A stretch of DNA of 64,000 nt from Rhabdothermincola salaria. Its GTDB lineage: Bacteria; Actinomycetota; Acidimicrobiia; Acidimicrobiales; Acidimicrobilacustridaceae. The stretch lies in the NCBI RefSeq assembly GCF_021246445.1, contig NZ_JAJQXW010000001.1, positions 310,001 through 374,000 on the forward strand, read 5' to 3'. The position numbers and the translations under genes are program-made. The notes beneath the pieces were generated by a model. It worked only from the letters and a program-made list of their open reading frames with translations, ran no database searches and had not been told where the DNA came from. Positions within the stretch are counted from its first letter, which is position 1. Every line of letters begins with the position of its first letter. This document shows, one piece after another, positions 1 to 8,980 of this stretch.

Positions 1-667
1 GCCCGATGGCCTTGGCCATCCGGGCGGCCACGGCCGAGAACTTGGGGTCGTCGACCCCCGCCAGCACCAGGACGGGCATCGAGAGGCGCGGCAGGTCGTC
101 CCACAGCGGTTCCTGGGTCCCGGTGCCGGCGAGGCGCAGGCTGGACGCCAGGCCCTCGGCGGTGTTGGCCAGTCGTGCTCCGAGGTGTGCCGTCTCCGGT
201 CGGAGTCCCGCGAAGAGCGGCTGGGCCAGCCACTCGTCGAGGAAGGTCGCCACGCCCACGTCCTCGATGTGGTCGGCCAACTCGTCGTCGGCCCGCCGGC
301 GCTGCGCCCGCTCCGTCTCGTCGACGATGCCGGCGGTGGCGCCGATGAGGACCAGCCGCTCGACCAGCTCGGGGGCCTGCAGGGCGAGGTGGAGCGCGAG
401 CCGTCCTCCCATCGAGTAGCCGAGGTAGGTGGCTCGACCTCCGGCCTCGCCCAGGAGGCGGGCGCCCGCCACGAGGTCGGCTCGGATGTCGACGGCGCGT
501 CCGTGCCCGGGGGCATCCACGGCGACGACGTCCAGCTCACGGGCGAGGTCGTCGGCGAACGGTGACCAGCAACGGCTCGTCTGGGTGAAGCCGTGGACCA
601 GCACCAGCCGAGGGGCACCGTCGGGACCTCCGAGGTGGTCGACGGGCAGCGAGGCAGGGTCGGACAC
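1..667 (-). CDS. menH: Alpha/beta hydrolase, MenH-like (SHCHC synthase); runs off the left edge
   Basis: Minus-strand translation from GTG 667 gives ...PRLVLVHGFTQTSRCW... and a GYSMGGR nucleophile elbow; divergent from menD. Absent from the ORF track because it is truncated. Confidence 0.8.
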   Translation of the reverse strand, partial: MSDPASLPVDHLGGPDGAPRLVLVHGFTQTSRCWSPFADDLARELDVVAVDAPGHGRAVDIRADLVAGARLLGEAGGRATYLGYSMGGRLALHLALQAPELVERLVLIGATAGIVDETERAQRRRADDELADHIEDVGVATFLDEWLAQPLFAGLRPETAHLGARLANTAEGLASSLRLAGTGTQEPLWDDLPRLSMPVLVLAGVDDPKFSAVAARMAKAIG

Positions 668-748
668 GCGGGCGACTGTACGCGCCGCCACCACGAGGGC
701 CCCGGCCGACGCCGAGTGGGGCCCGGCCCGCCCCGTAGGCTGCTCGCC

Positions 749-2509
749 GTGACCGACGACGGGCGAGGAGCTGGCGCCACGACCGCCCAGCCGGGTGGAG
801 AGGGCGAGACCGGCGACCTCAACGCCACCTTCTGCGCGGCGTTCGTCGACGAGTTGGTGCGCAGTGGGGTCACCGATGCCGTGGTGTGCCCGGGCTCGCG
901 GTCCACGCCCATGGCCCTGGCCATCGACGGCGACGAGCGCCTCCGGGTCCACGTCCACCACGACGAGCGATCGGCCGCGTTCCTCGCGCTGGGGCTGGGT
1001 CGGGCCACGGGTCGGCCTGCGCCCGTGCTCACCACCAGCGGCACCGCCGCCGTCGAGCTGCACCCGGCAGTCGTCGAGGCCGACCTCGACCGGGTGCCTC
1101 TGCTGGTGCTCACCGCCGATCGCCCTCCCGAGAAGCGTGACGTCGGCGCCGCCCAGACCATCGACCAGACACACCTCTACGGGCGGTCCGTGCGGTGGTT
1201 CGCCGACCCGGGACCGCCGTCGTGGGAGGCCGCGGACTCCTGGCGGAGCCTGGCGTCCCGGGCCGTGCTCGAGGCCGGCCGACCCCACCCCGGGCCGGTG
1301 CAGGTCAACCTGCCCTTTCGCGAGCCGCTGGTCGGCCGGCCCGGGCCGCTCCCTCCGGGCCGCGACAGCGGCCGCCCCTGGCACCGGATGGCCGCACCGT
1401 CGCCGGCTTCCGGCGACCAGGCCGGCGCCACGCGAGAGGCGCTCGCCGGGGCCGAACGGGGCGTCATCGTGGCGGGCGGCGACATCGACGACCCCGACGC
1501 CGTGTTGGCCCTGGCCGACGCCTGGGGCTGGCCGGTGCTGGCCGATCCCCGCAGCGGGTGCCGCACCGGGCACCGGGCGGCGATCGCCCACGCCGACGCC
1601 CTGCTGCGCAGCGCGGCGGTGGGCGACGAGGTCGACGCCGTGGTGCGCCTCGGATCCGTCCCGGCCTCGAAGGTCCAGGCCCAGTGGCTGGCCCGACTCG
1701 ACGTGCCCCAGGTGGTCGTGGACCGCGACGGCGCCTGGTTCGACCCCGACCGGACGGCCGGGCTCCTCGTGCCGGCGGCCCCCGGCGCCTGGGCCCGCGC
1801 CATGCTCGCGCTCGGCTCGCGGTCGACGAGCCCGGGGTGGGGTCAGCGGTGGCGCCGGGCCGACGACGCCGTCGAGGCCGTCCTCGTCGACGCGCTCGAC
1901 GGCGATGGGTCCCTCACCGAACCCGGCACCGCCCGGGTGGTCGCGGGGTCGCTGCCGGCGGGCGGCGCGCTGGTGGTGTCGTCGTCGATGCCGGTGCGCG
2001 ACCTCGAGTGGTTCGCCGGTCCGATCCCCGGGGTGGCGGTCCACGCCAACCGGGGAGCCAACGGCATCGACGGCGTGGTCTCCACCGCGGTCGGGGTGGC
2101 CCTGGCCGGAGCCCCGACGGCGCTGCTCATCGGCGACATCGCCCTGCTGCACGACACCAACGGGCTGCTGGGTGCCGCCCGGCGCGACATCGACCTCTGC
2201 GTGGTCGTCGTCGACAACGGCGGCGGCGGCATCTTCTCGTTCCTGCCACAGGCCTCCGCCGTGGCCCCCGAGCGCTTCGAGGCCCTCTTCGCCACCCCCC
2301 ACGGCGTCGACCTGGCCGCCCTGGTCCGGGCGCACGGGATCCCCGCCACCACGATCGACCGCGTCGCCGAGCTGGGACCGGCGGTGGCGGGTGCGGTGGC
2401 CCAGGGTGGCGTGCACGTGGTGCTCGTGACCACCGACCGGGCGGCCAACGTGGAGCTCCACGACCACCTGCACCGCCTCACCGCCGACGCGATCAGCGAC
2501 CTCCCTTAG
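749..2509 (+). CDS. menD: SEPHCHC synthase MenD (TPP-dependent)
   Basis: CPGSRSTP, HHDERSAAF, TTSGTA and NRGANGIDG motifs; GTG 749 follows a TAGGCT -10 box. Confidence 0.95.
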   Translation: MTDDGRGAGATTAQPGGEGETGDLNATFCAAFVDELVRSGVTDAVVCPGSRSTPMALAIDGDERLRVHVHHDERSAAFLALGLGRATGRPAPVLTTSGTAAVELHPAVVEADLDRVPLLVLTADRPPEKRDVGAAQTIDQTHLYGRSVRWFADPGPPSWEAADSWRSLASRAVLEAGRPHPGPVQVNLPFREPLVGRPGPLPPGRDSGRPWHRMAAPSPASGDQAGATREALAGAERGVIVAGGDIDDPDAVLALADAWGWPVLADPRSGCRTGHRAAIAHADALLRSAAVGDEVDAVVRLGSVPASKVQAQWLARLDVPQVVVDRDGAWFDPDRTAGLLVPAAPGAWARAMLALGSRSTSPGWGQRWRRADDAVEAVLVDALDGDGSLTEPGTARVVAGSLPAGGALVVSSSMPVRDLEWFAGPIPGVAVHANRGANGIDGVVSTAVGVALAGAPTALLIGDIALLHDTNGLLGAARRDIDLCVVVVDNGGGGIFSFLPQASAVAPERFEALFATPHGVDLAALVRAHGIPATTIDRVAELGPAVAGAVAQGGVHVVLVTTDRAANVELHDHLHRLTADAISDLP

Positions 2510-2670
2510 GGCCCTGACCACCAACCTCTGCGGCGTCTCGTCGGCCAGTGGCACCGCTCGCGGCGTCCTCGTCCTCGCAGTTGGGCAAGGCAGGTACTTC
2601 GTCCTGCGTCCTTGCGAGCGACGCCCCTGACTCGACGACCCACCCACGAACGTTCGTGGACAGAGCCCTA
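2507..2670. mobile_element. MITE/REP-like element with imperfect ~19-bp terminal inverted repeats
   Basis: Left end TAGGGCCCTGACCACCAAC; reverse complement of right end TAGGGCTCTGTCCACGAAC; no credible coding content. Confidence 0.6.
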
Positions 2671-3978
2671 GGGTCGCACGACAGCCGAGAGGAGGGCCTG
2701 CAGCTTGGCCCGGGTCTCGGCCAGCTCTGCCGCAGGATCGGAGTCGGCCACCACGCCGACTCCCGCGTAGAGGCGGGCGGTGGTGCCGTGCAGCTCGGCC
2801 GATCGGATGCCCACCGCCCAGGTGCCGTTGCCCGCGGCGTCGACCCAACCGACCGGGCCGGCGTAGCGGCCCCGGTCGAGGTCCTCCAGCTCGGCGATCA
2901 GGTCGAGGGCCACGTCGCGCGGGCTGCCGCCGACGGCCGGCGTCGGGTGCAGGGCCCCGACGAGCTCGAGGACCGATGCGGGAGGACTCGAGAGGCGACC
3001 CTCGAGTCGGGTGGCCAGGTGCTGGACGTTGGCCATCGCCACGATCTGGGGCTCGGCCTCCTCGTCGAGGTAGCTGCACCACGGCAGGAGCGTGTCGTGC
3101 ACCATGTCGATGGTGTGGCGGTGCTCGTCGCGCGTGTTGGTCGAGGCCAGCAGGCCGGCGGCCAGGCGGGCGTCGGCGCTCGGGTCGCCGCTGCGGGGGG
3201 CGGTGCCCGCCATCGGGTGGGCCAGGACCCGGTCACCGGCCCGGGCGACCAGGAGCTCGGGTGTCGCCCCGACGAACCCCTCCACGGAGAACAGGTGGCT
3301 GGTGGGATAGCTGCGGCGCAGCTGACCGAGCAGGACGCTCGCCCGCAGCGGACGGTCGGTGCTCACCTCGACCGCCCGGGCCAGCACCACCTTGCGGGCC
3401 ACGCCGGCGCGCAGGCGGGTGGTGGCCTCGGCGACGGTGTCGCACCACTCGGCCGGAGCCACGGTGGCCCGCAGGGTGTAGGACCCGGGGCCCTCGTCGG
3501 CTCGGCTCGACCCTGCATCGCGCCCGAAGCCAGTGCCGGTGGCGAGCCCCCGGGCCAGGACGGCGTCGACCTCCTCGGTCGAGCAGGCGTCGTCGGGCGG
3601 GGTGACGGTGGTGACCCATCGGGTGCCGTCGTCGGCCCGACCGACGGTGATCCGGGGGACGACCAGGGCTCCCGGGCGGGTCGGCTCGAAGGGCAGGGCC
3701 CCGATGGCCACCGGTCCCGAACCGGCATGATGGACGGGATCGTCGTGGGTGATCGCACCCAAGGCCTCGGTGACGGCGCCGGCGTCGTCGGCGCCTCCCG
3801 TGCGGGGCACCCGGATGCGGGCGGCGACGCCCACGCCGGCCACGCCCACCCGGTCACGGACGAACACGACACCGTCGTCGGCGGCGACCGCGATCAGGTC
3901 CGGGTCGACGTCGAGGAGGCGGGTGCGGGCCACCAGCCCCGCGGTCGGGCCGGAGCGGACCCCGGGACCGGTCGGCAC
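2668..3978 (-). CDS. menF: Isochorismate synthase (chorismate-binding MST family)
   Basis: KVVLAR, GATPELL, AGTAPR, LHPTPAVGG, RGRYAGPVGW and AGVGVV motifs; men context; start inferred. Confidence 0.88.
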   Translation of the reverse strand: MPTGPGVRSGPTAGLVARTRLLDVDPDLIAVAADDGVVFVRDRVGVAGVGVAARIRVPRTGGADDAGAVTEALGAITHDDPVHHAGSGPVAIGALPFEPTRPGALVVPRITVGRADDGTRWVTTVTPPDDACSTEEVDAVLARGLATGTGFGRDAGSSRADEGPGSYTLRATVAPAEWCDTVAEATTRLRAGVARKVVLARAVEVSTDRPLRASVLLGQLRRSYPTSHLFSVEGFVGATPELLVARAGDRVLAHPMAGTAPRSGDPSADARLAAGLLASTNTRDEHRHTIDMVHDTLLPWCSYLDEEAEPQIVAMANVQHLATRLEGRLSSPPASVLELVGALHPTPAVGGSPRDVALDLIAELEDLDRGRYAGPVGWVDAAGNGTWAVGIRSAELHGTTARLYAGVGVVADSDPAAELAETRAKLQALLSAVVRP

Positions 3979-3980
3979 GG

Positions 3981-4691
3981 TCAGCGCCCGGGGTGGCGAC
4001 GGGTGGCGGTGACCAACTGGGAGATCCCGGTCGAGAGCAGCTCGCGACGCACGTCGACGAACCCGGTGTCCTCGAGCCAGCCGAGCATCACGCCGGGGTC
4101 GGGCAGGTAGGCGACGGACTTGGGGAGATAGCGGTACGCGCCCGGATCGGACAGCAGGCCGCCGATGCGGGGCACGACCTTGCCGAAGTACACGCCGTGG
4201 CCCCACCGCAGGACGGGGTTGGGAGGTTCGGCCACCTCGAGCAGGGCGATGCGCCCGCCGGGCCGGACGACCCGCGCCAGCTCGACGAAGAAGGCCTGCA
4301 GCTCGACCAGGTTGCGCAGCGCGAAGCCACAGGTGATCCCGTCGAGGGCTCCGTCGGGGACGGGCAGGCGCACGATGTCGGCCTGGGCGAGCGGTGCTCC
4401 CGTGCGGGCCGCGGCCAACATCCCGAACGAGAGGTCGAACCCGATGGGGCGCAGGCCCTGGCGGTCGAGCTCACGGCAGAAGTCGCCGGTGCCGCAGGCC
4501 AGGTCGGCGACGGTGGAACCGGCGCCGAGCCCGAGGGTTCGCACGGTTCGCTTGCGCCAGGCCACGTCCATGCGGAACGTCATGACCCGGTTCACCAGGT
4601 CGTAGCGGGGGGCGATGGCGTCGAACATCGACCGCACCGCCGCCCGCTTCTCGTCGCCTTCGGGGAGTCGTTCCGGATCGATGTCCACCAC
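3981..4691 (-). CDS. menG: Demethylmenaquinone methyltransferase (UbiE/MenG)
   Basis: VRSMFDAIAPRYDLVN, DLACGTGD, FALRN, AYRYL motifs; GTG 4691 after TAGGCT. Confidence 0.9.
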   Translation of the reverse strand: MVDIDPERLPEGDEKRAAVRSMFDAIAPRYDLVNRVMTFRMDVAWRKRTVRTLGLGAGSTVADLACGTGDFCRELDRQGLRPIGFDLSFGMLAAARTGAPLAQADIVRLPVPDGALDGITCGFALRNLVELQAFFVELARVVRPGGRIALLEVAEPPNPVLRWGHGVYFGKVVPRIGGLLSDPGAYRYLPKSVAYLPDPGVMLGWLEDTGFVDVRRELLSTGISQLVTATRRHPGR

Positions 4692-4854
4692 GCCGTGGAG
4701 CCTACGGCTGTCGGACCCGCGGCCCTCAGTCCACGCCGGGTGCGGGCGGTGCGGGCGGTGCTGCTGTCCGCCCACCGCCCACTGCCGTAGCTGTCGGGAT
4801 AGGGCGCTGGGGGGTGACGCCCTCTCCTGACAGGGTCGCAGAGGGGGGAGTGCG

Positions 4855-6228
4855 TCAGAGGTCGGCGACGAGGTCGTTCGGGCGGGGTGGGAAGAGCACG
4901 TCCATCACCGCGGTGTGGTGGCCGAGCTGGACGTCGTCGACCCGGGCCGCCAGCCCGGAGGCACCCCAGCGGCCCAGCACGAGAGCCGGGAACCAGTCCG
5001 GGGCCACGCCGACCTGGCCGCTGTCGAACGGGTCGGGATCCGCCGGGCAGGACTCCAGGGTGGTCACGCGCCCATCGGACCACGCCAGCCGGATCGCCCG
5101 CTCGTACAGCGAGATCACCACCTCACCGCGGTCGCCGGCCAGGTGCGAGGTGGCCAGGCGGCGCGACAGGACCGGTTCGAGGGTGCGCAACAGGCCCAGT
5201 TCGTCGGGGGTGCGCCCGTAGATGCCGCTCGGTTCGTCGCGGGGGTGCCCGGTGACGGCGAGGACGCGGGCCCAGGCCGACCCCGGCCGGTCGGCGGTGA
5301 GGATCTCGACCGGACGACCGAGGACGGCGCCGGCCAGGTGGTCGGCCGCCTGTCGCACCCGGGCCAGCAGCTGGAGCCCCACGTCGGCGTCGGGCACTGG
5401 GCCGGGGAGCAGGTGCACCTGGGCCTCGTCGACGTAGACCTGGACGCGCAGCCAGCCGACGATGGTGCCGGCCCGCTCGGCCACGACGAGGGCCTCCCAC
5501 ACCTCGGGCTCGCCGAGGCCCAACCCCGGCGCGTCCGGTGCCGCGGACGTCGACGTCCGTGAGAGCCATCGCCGCCACACGTCGTCGTCGCGTTCGACGA
5601 CGAGACCGTGGTCGTCTCGTCGGACGTCCAGCGCGACGAGCGCGGCGATGTCGTCGGTTCGGGCCGGCCGGATGGTCAGCACCGACGGGTCCGGTGCGAG
5701 CAGGGTGGTCGGTTCCACCACCACGAGCGGCGGGTAGTCGATGGCGTATCCGTATCCGAGCTTGCGGTAGTAGTACGGGATCCCGCCGATCACCTGGAGC
5801 TGCTCGCCGAGCTCGGCGGCCCGGGCGTGGTGGCGGGCGAACAGGGCCCGCACCAGCCCTCGTCCCCGCACCGAGGGATCGGTGACCACGAACTCGATCT
5901 GGCTGCCCGGAATGGTGGCACCGTCGAGGCGGAACCGGTGGGGGATCCGGCAGCACGCCCCGACGACGGTGCTGGAGGCGCCGGGGCCCTCGTCGGCCAC
6001 GACCAGCCATTCCACCGACGATCCCGGCTCGAAGACCGAGGCCACGGCCGATGCGTCCTGCACACCGAACGCCGCTTCGTTCAGGGCGATGACCCCGTCG
6101 CGGTCCTCGGACCGGGCGGCCCGCAGCACCAGCCCGCCCTCGAGCGCCGAGGGGGCGCTCGGTGCGGAGGAGGCTCCACCGGTGCCGCTCGATGGGGCCG
6201 CCGTGTGGGGGGCGTCGGGTCCGGACAC
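4855..6228 (-). CDS. GNAT-family (Eis-like, multi-domain) acetyltransferase
   Basis: VVTDPSVRGRGL acetyl-CoA motif, GIPYYYRKLGY; start GTG 6228 after TACGGT. Confidence 0.75.
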   Translation of the reverse strand: MSGPDAPHTAAPSSGTGGASSAPSAPSALEGGLVLRAARSEDRDGVIALNEAAFGVQDASAVASVFEPGSSVEWLVVADEGPGASSTVVGACCRIPHRFRLDGATIPGSQIEFVVTDPSVRGRGLVRALFARHHARAAELGEQLQVIGGIPYYYRKLGYGYAIDYPPLVVVEPTTLLAPDPSVLTIRPARTDDIAALVALDVRRDDHGLVVERDDDVWRRWLSRTSTSAAPDAPGLGLGEPEVWEALVVAERAGTIVGWLRVQVYVDEAQVHLLPGPVPDADVGLQLLARVRQAADHLAGAVLGRPVEILTADRPGSAWARVLAVTGHPRDEPSGIYGRTPDELGLLRTLEPVLSRRLATSHLAGDRGEVVISLYERAIRLAWSDGRVTTLESCPADPDPFDSGQVGVAPDWFPALVLGRWGASGLAARVDDVQLGHHTAVMDVLFPPRPNDLVADL

Positions 6229-6252
6229 GTCGCCGGACCGTAGCCTGGGTGG

Positions 6253-7374
6253 GTGCTCAAGGCCCCGGAGGTTCGCGTCGCAGGGATCCCCGTGCGCTTC
6301 GAGCCCGTGTTCTTCGTGGTGATCCTGCTGCTCGGACTGGGCCAGGAGCCGCGCTTCCTCATCAGTTGGGTGGTCATCGCCACCATCTCGATCCTGGTGC
6401 ACGAGATGGGTCATGCCGTGGCCTTCCGGGCGTACGGTCTCAGCCCGCGGGTCGTGCTGCACGGCATGGGCGGCCTGACGACAGGCGAAGGCGCGCTGGG
6501 GCCGTCCGCTCGCATCGTCACCAGCCTGGCCGGGCCCTTGTCGGCCCTGGTGCTGCTGGGCCTCCCTGCGGTGGTGATGGCCGGGGCGGGCGTGGTCTCG
6601 CCGGGCGACGCCCGTACCGTCCTCGACCAGGTCGTGTGGATCAACGTGGGGTGGTCGGTGCTCAATCTGGTCCCCGTCCTCCCGCTCGACGGCGGCCAGG
6701 TCTTCCTCGCGGTGTGCGACCTCGTCACCAAGGGTCGCGGTCGTCGAGTCGCCGAGATCGTCTCCGTGGCGGTCGCCGCCGCCATCGCCGTGTGGGCCTA
6801 CAGCCGGGGGTTCCTGTTCGGGGCGTTGCTGGCGGGCGGCCTCGGGGCACTGAACCTCAGCCAGCTCCGCAAGGTGCGCCAGGACGAGCTGCTCGACGAG
6901 CTCTCCGCCGCTCACCGCTTCCTGCTCGAGGGCCGCCCGGCCGACGCCGACACGGTGCTGTCGCGGGTGGGTTCGTCTCGTCCCACCGGTGAGGCGCGCC
7001 GGTGGTGGCACGAGCTCACCGCATGGAGCGACGTGTTCCAGGGCCGACCAACCCCGCCGACCCCGTCGACGCGACCGGGGCCGGCGGCCGATGACCGGCC
7101 CTCGGCCTCGCTGTCGGCGGCGCAGGCTCTTCTGGGCGCCGATCCGGACGGGGGCGTGGCCCTGGCCGCGTGGGCGCTGGCCCACGACGACCCGGCGCTG
7201 CCCAAGAGCCTCCTGGCGGTGGCGGTCGCGTCGGCCGGCGTGGCCGGACCGGTCGCCTCCGAGCTGGTGCTGCTGGGTGAGCCCGGGTGGGCCGGAGCCG
7301 CCCTCCTACGCGACCTTCTCGGGCACCTCGGCCACACCGCCGCGGCCGACGAGGTGGCTGCCGTCCTCGCTTGA
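6253..7374 (+). CDS. Site-2 protease (M50 family) membrane metallopeptidase with helical C-terminal extension
   Basis: HEMGH zinc motif, NLVPVLPLDGG motif, multiple TM segments. Confidence 0.85.
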   Translation: MLKAPEVRVAGIPVRFEPVFFVVILLLGLGQEPRFLISWVVIATISILVHEMGHAVAFRAYGLSPRVVLHGMGGLTTGEGALGPSARIVTSLAGPLSALVLLGLPAVVMAGAGVVSPGDARTVLDQVVWINVGWSVLNLVPVLPLDGGQVFLAVCDLVTKGRGRRVAEIVSVAVAAAIAVWAYSRGFLFGALLAGGLGALNLSQLRKVRQDELLDELSAAHRFLLEGRPADADTVLSRVGSSRPTGEARRWWHELTAWSDVFQGRPTPPTPSTRPGPAADDRPSASLSAAQALLGADPDGGVALAAWALAHDDPALPKSLLAVAVASAGVAGPVASELVLLGEPGWAGAALLRDLLGHLGHTAAADEVAAVLA

Positions 7375-7416
7375 CCGGCCGGTCAAGGCCAGAGGGTGCT
7401 GTGCCACACTCCGCCC

Positions 7417-8643
7417 ATGGCGATCGACTTCTCCTTCCCGCCCGAGATCGACGAGGTCCGCGACCGGGTCCGTCGCTTCCTCGACGAGGTCGTGCGGCCG
7501 ATCGAGGTGGCCGCGGCCGACGAGGACTGGGACCGCGAGCGCTGGATCGGCGCCATCGTCGAGATGCGCGCCGCGGCCAAGGAGTGGGGCCTCTGGCTGC
7601 CGCACATGCCGGCCGAGTGGGGTGGCATGGGCCTCGGCCACGTGGCCATGGCGGCGGTGTCGGCCGAGGCGGCCAAGACCCGGATGGGTCCCTTCGCCCT
7701 CAACGCCCAGGCCCCCGACGAGGGCAACATGCACACCCTCTTGCACTGGGCCACCGACGACCAGAAGCAGCGCTACCTCGCGCCGCTGTGCGAGGGACGG
7801 GCCCGCTCGTGCTTCGCCATGACCGAACCCGAGGTCGCCGGGTCCGACCCCACCCTCATCCAGACCCACGCCTACCCCGACGGCGACGAGTGGGTGATCA
7901 ACGGCCACAAGTGGTTCATCTCCGGTGCCCGCGGCGCCAAGTTCGCCATCCTCATCGCCCGCACGGAGGACGACCCCGAGCTCCCGCAGGCGGCCAACTC
8001 CGCCTTCCTGGTCGACATCCCCACCGACGGCTGGGAGGTCGTACGCGACATCGAGACGATGTCGGGCAGCCACAACCACTGCGAGATCCGCATCACCGAC
8101 CTGCGCGTGCACCGCGACCAGATGTTGGGCGGTCGGGGCCAGGGGCACCTGCTCGGCCAGGCCCGTCTCGGGCCGGCCCGTCTGGCCCACTGCATGCGCT
8201 GGATCGGCCAGGCCGAGGTGGCCCTCGACATGATGGTCGACCGCTCCCTCGACCGCTACGCCCACGGCTCGCTGCTGGCCGAGAAGCAGGGCATCCAGTG
8301 GATGATCGCCGACTCCGCCATGGAGCTCTACCAGGCCAAGCTCATGGTCCTGCACGCCGCCTACCTCATCGACGGCGGGATGGACTTCACCTCCGAGGTC
8401 TCGATGGCCAAGCACTTCGTGGCCAACGCCCTCAACCGCATCGTCGACCGGGCCATCCAGGTCCACGGCGCCCTCGGCTACTCCACCGACACGCCGCTGG
8501 CCCACATGGCCCAACAGGCCCGCTGGGCCCGCTTCGCCGACGGCGCCGACGAGGTCCACCAGATGCGCATCGCCCAGCGCACCATCGCCGCCTACACCGA
8601 CCACGGAACCACCAAGGCGGCCACCGGCAAGCTCCCGCTGTGA
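7417..8643 (+). CDS. Acyl-CoA dehydrogenase
   Basis: NAQAPDEGN, FAMTEPEVAGSD, INGHKWFISGA, DRAIQVHGALG, DGADEVH. Confidence 0.93.
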   Translation: MAIDFSFPPEIDEVRDRVRRFLDEVVRPIEVAAADEDWDRERWIGAIVEMRAAAKEWGLWLPHMPAEWGGMGLGHVAMAAVSAEAAKTRMGPFALNAQAPDEGNMHTLLHWATDDQKQRYLAPLCEGRARSCFAMTEPEVAGSDPTLIQTHAYPDGDEWVINGHKWFISGARGAKFAILIARTEDDPELPQAANSAFLVDIPTDGWEVVRDIETMSGSHNHCEIRITDLRVHRDQMLGGRGQGHLLGQARLGPARLAHCMRWIGQAEVALDMMVDRSLDRYAHGSLLAEKQGIQWMIADSAMELYQAKLMVLHAAYLIDGGMDFTSEVSMAKHFVANALNRIVDRAIQVHGALGYSTDTPLAHMAQQARWARFADGADEVHQMRIAQRTIAAYTDHGTTKAATGKLPL

Positions 8644-8972
8644 CATTCAGCTTCGGTCGGCAAGCCGTGACATTCAGCTCCGGTCGGCAAGCCTCCCTGC
8701 GCCGGCTTCGCCGAAACGCAGACGTTGTCTGAGGCTCAGTCGCTGGCGCTCCTTCGCCTGTCGCCACCCCGTGAGCTGTCAGGTGGACGATGGGAGCGTT
8801 CGCCTCACCGCCTTCGCCGAAACGCGGGACCGTTCTGAGGCTCCGTCGCTGGCGCTCCTCCGCCTCTTGCGAGTCGGCTACCGCGTGCCGTGGGGTGGGT
8901 GATGGGAGCGCCAGCGACCCGTTCGCACCGCGTCCCGAGGAGCTCGCGACGAGGGAAGCGTCGTGCTCCTCG
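8640..8972. repeat. Intergenic REP/MIRU-like mosaic repeat (copy A)
   Basis: 27-bp tandem duplication (8640-8666 / 8667-8693); GTCGCTGGCGCTCC at 8739 and 8845 with its inverse at 8905; shares modules with 22445-23150. Confidence 0.8.
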
Positions 8973-8980
8973 TCTCGAAG

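Noticed and set aside
4855..7185. 776-aa ORF as a single protein
   Set aside because: The part above 6228 is antisense to the M50 protease; the real GNAT gene starts near 6228
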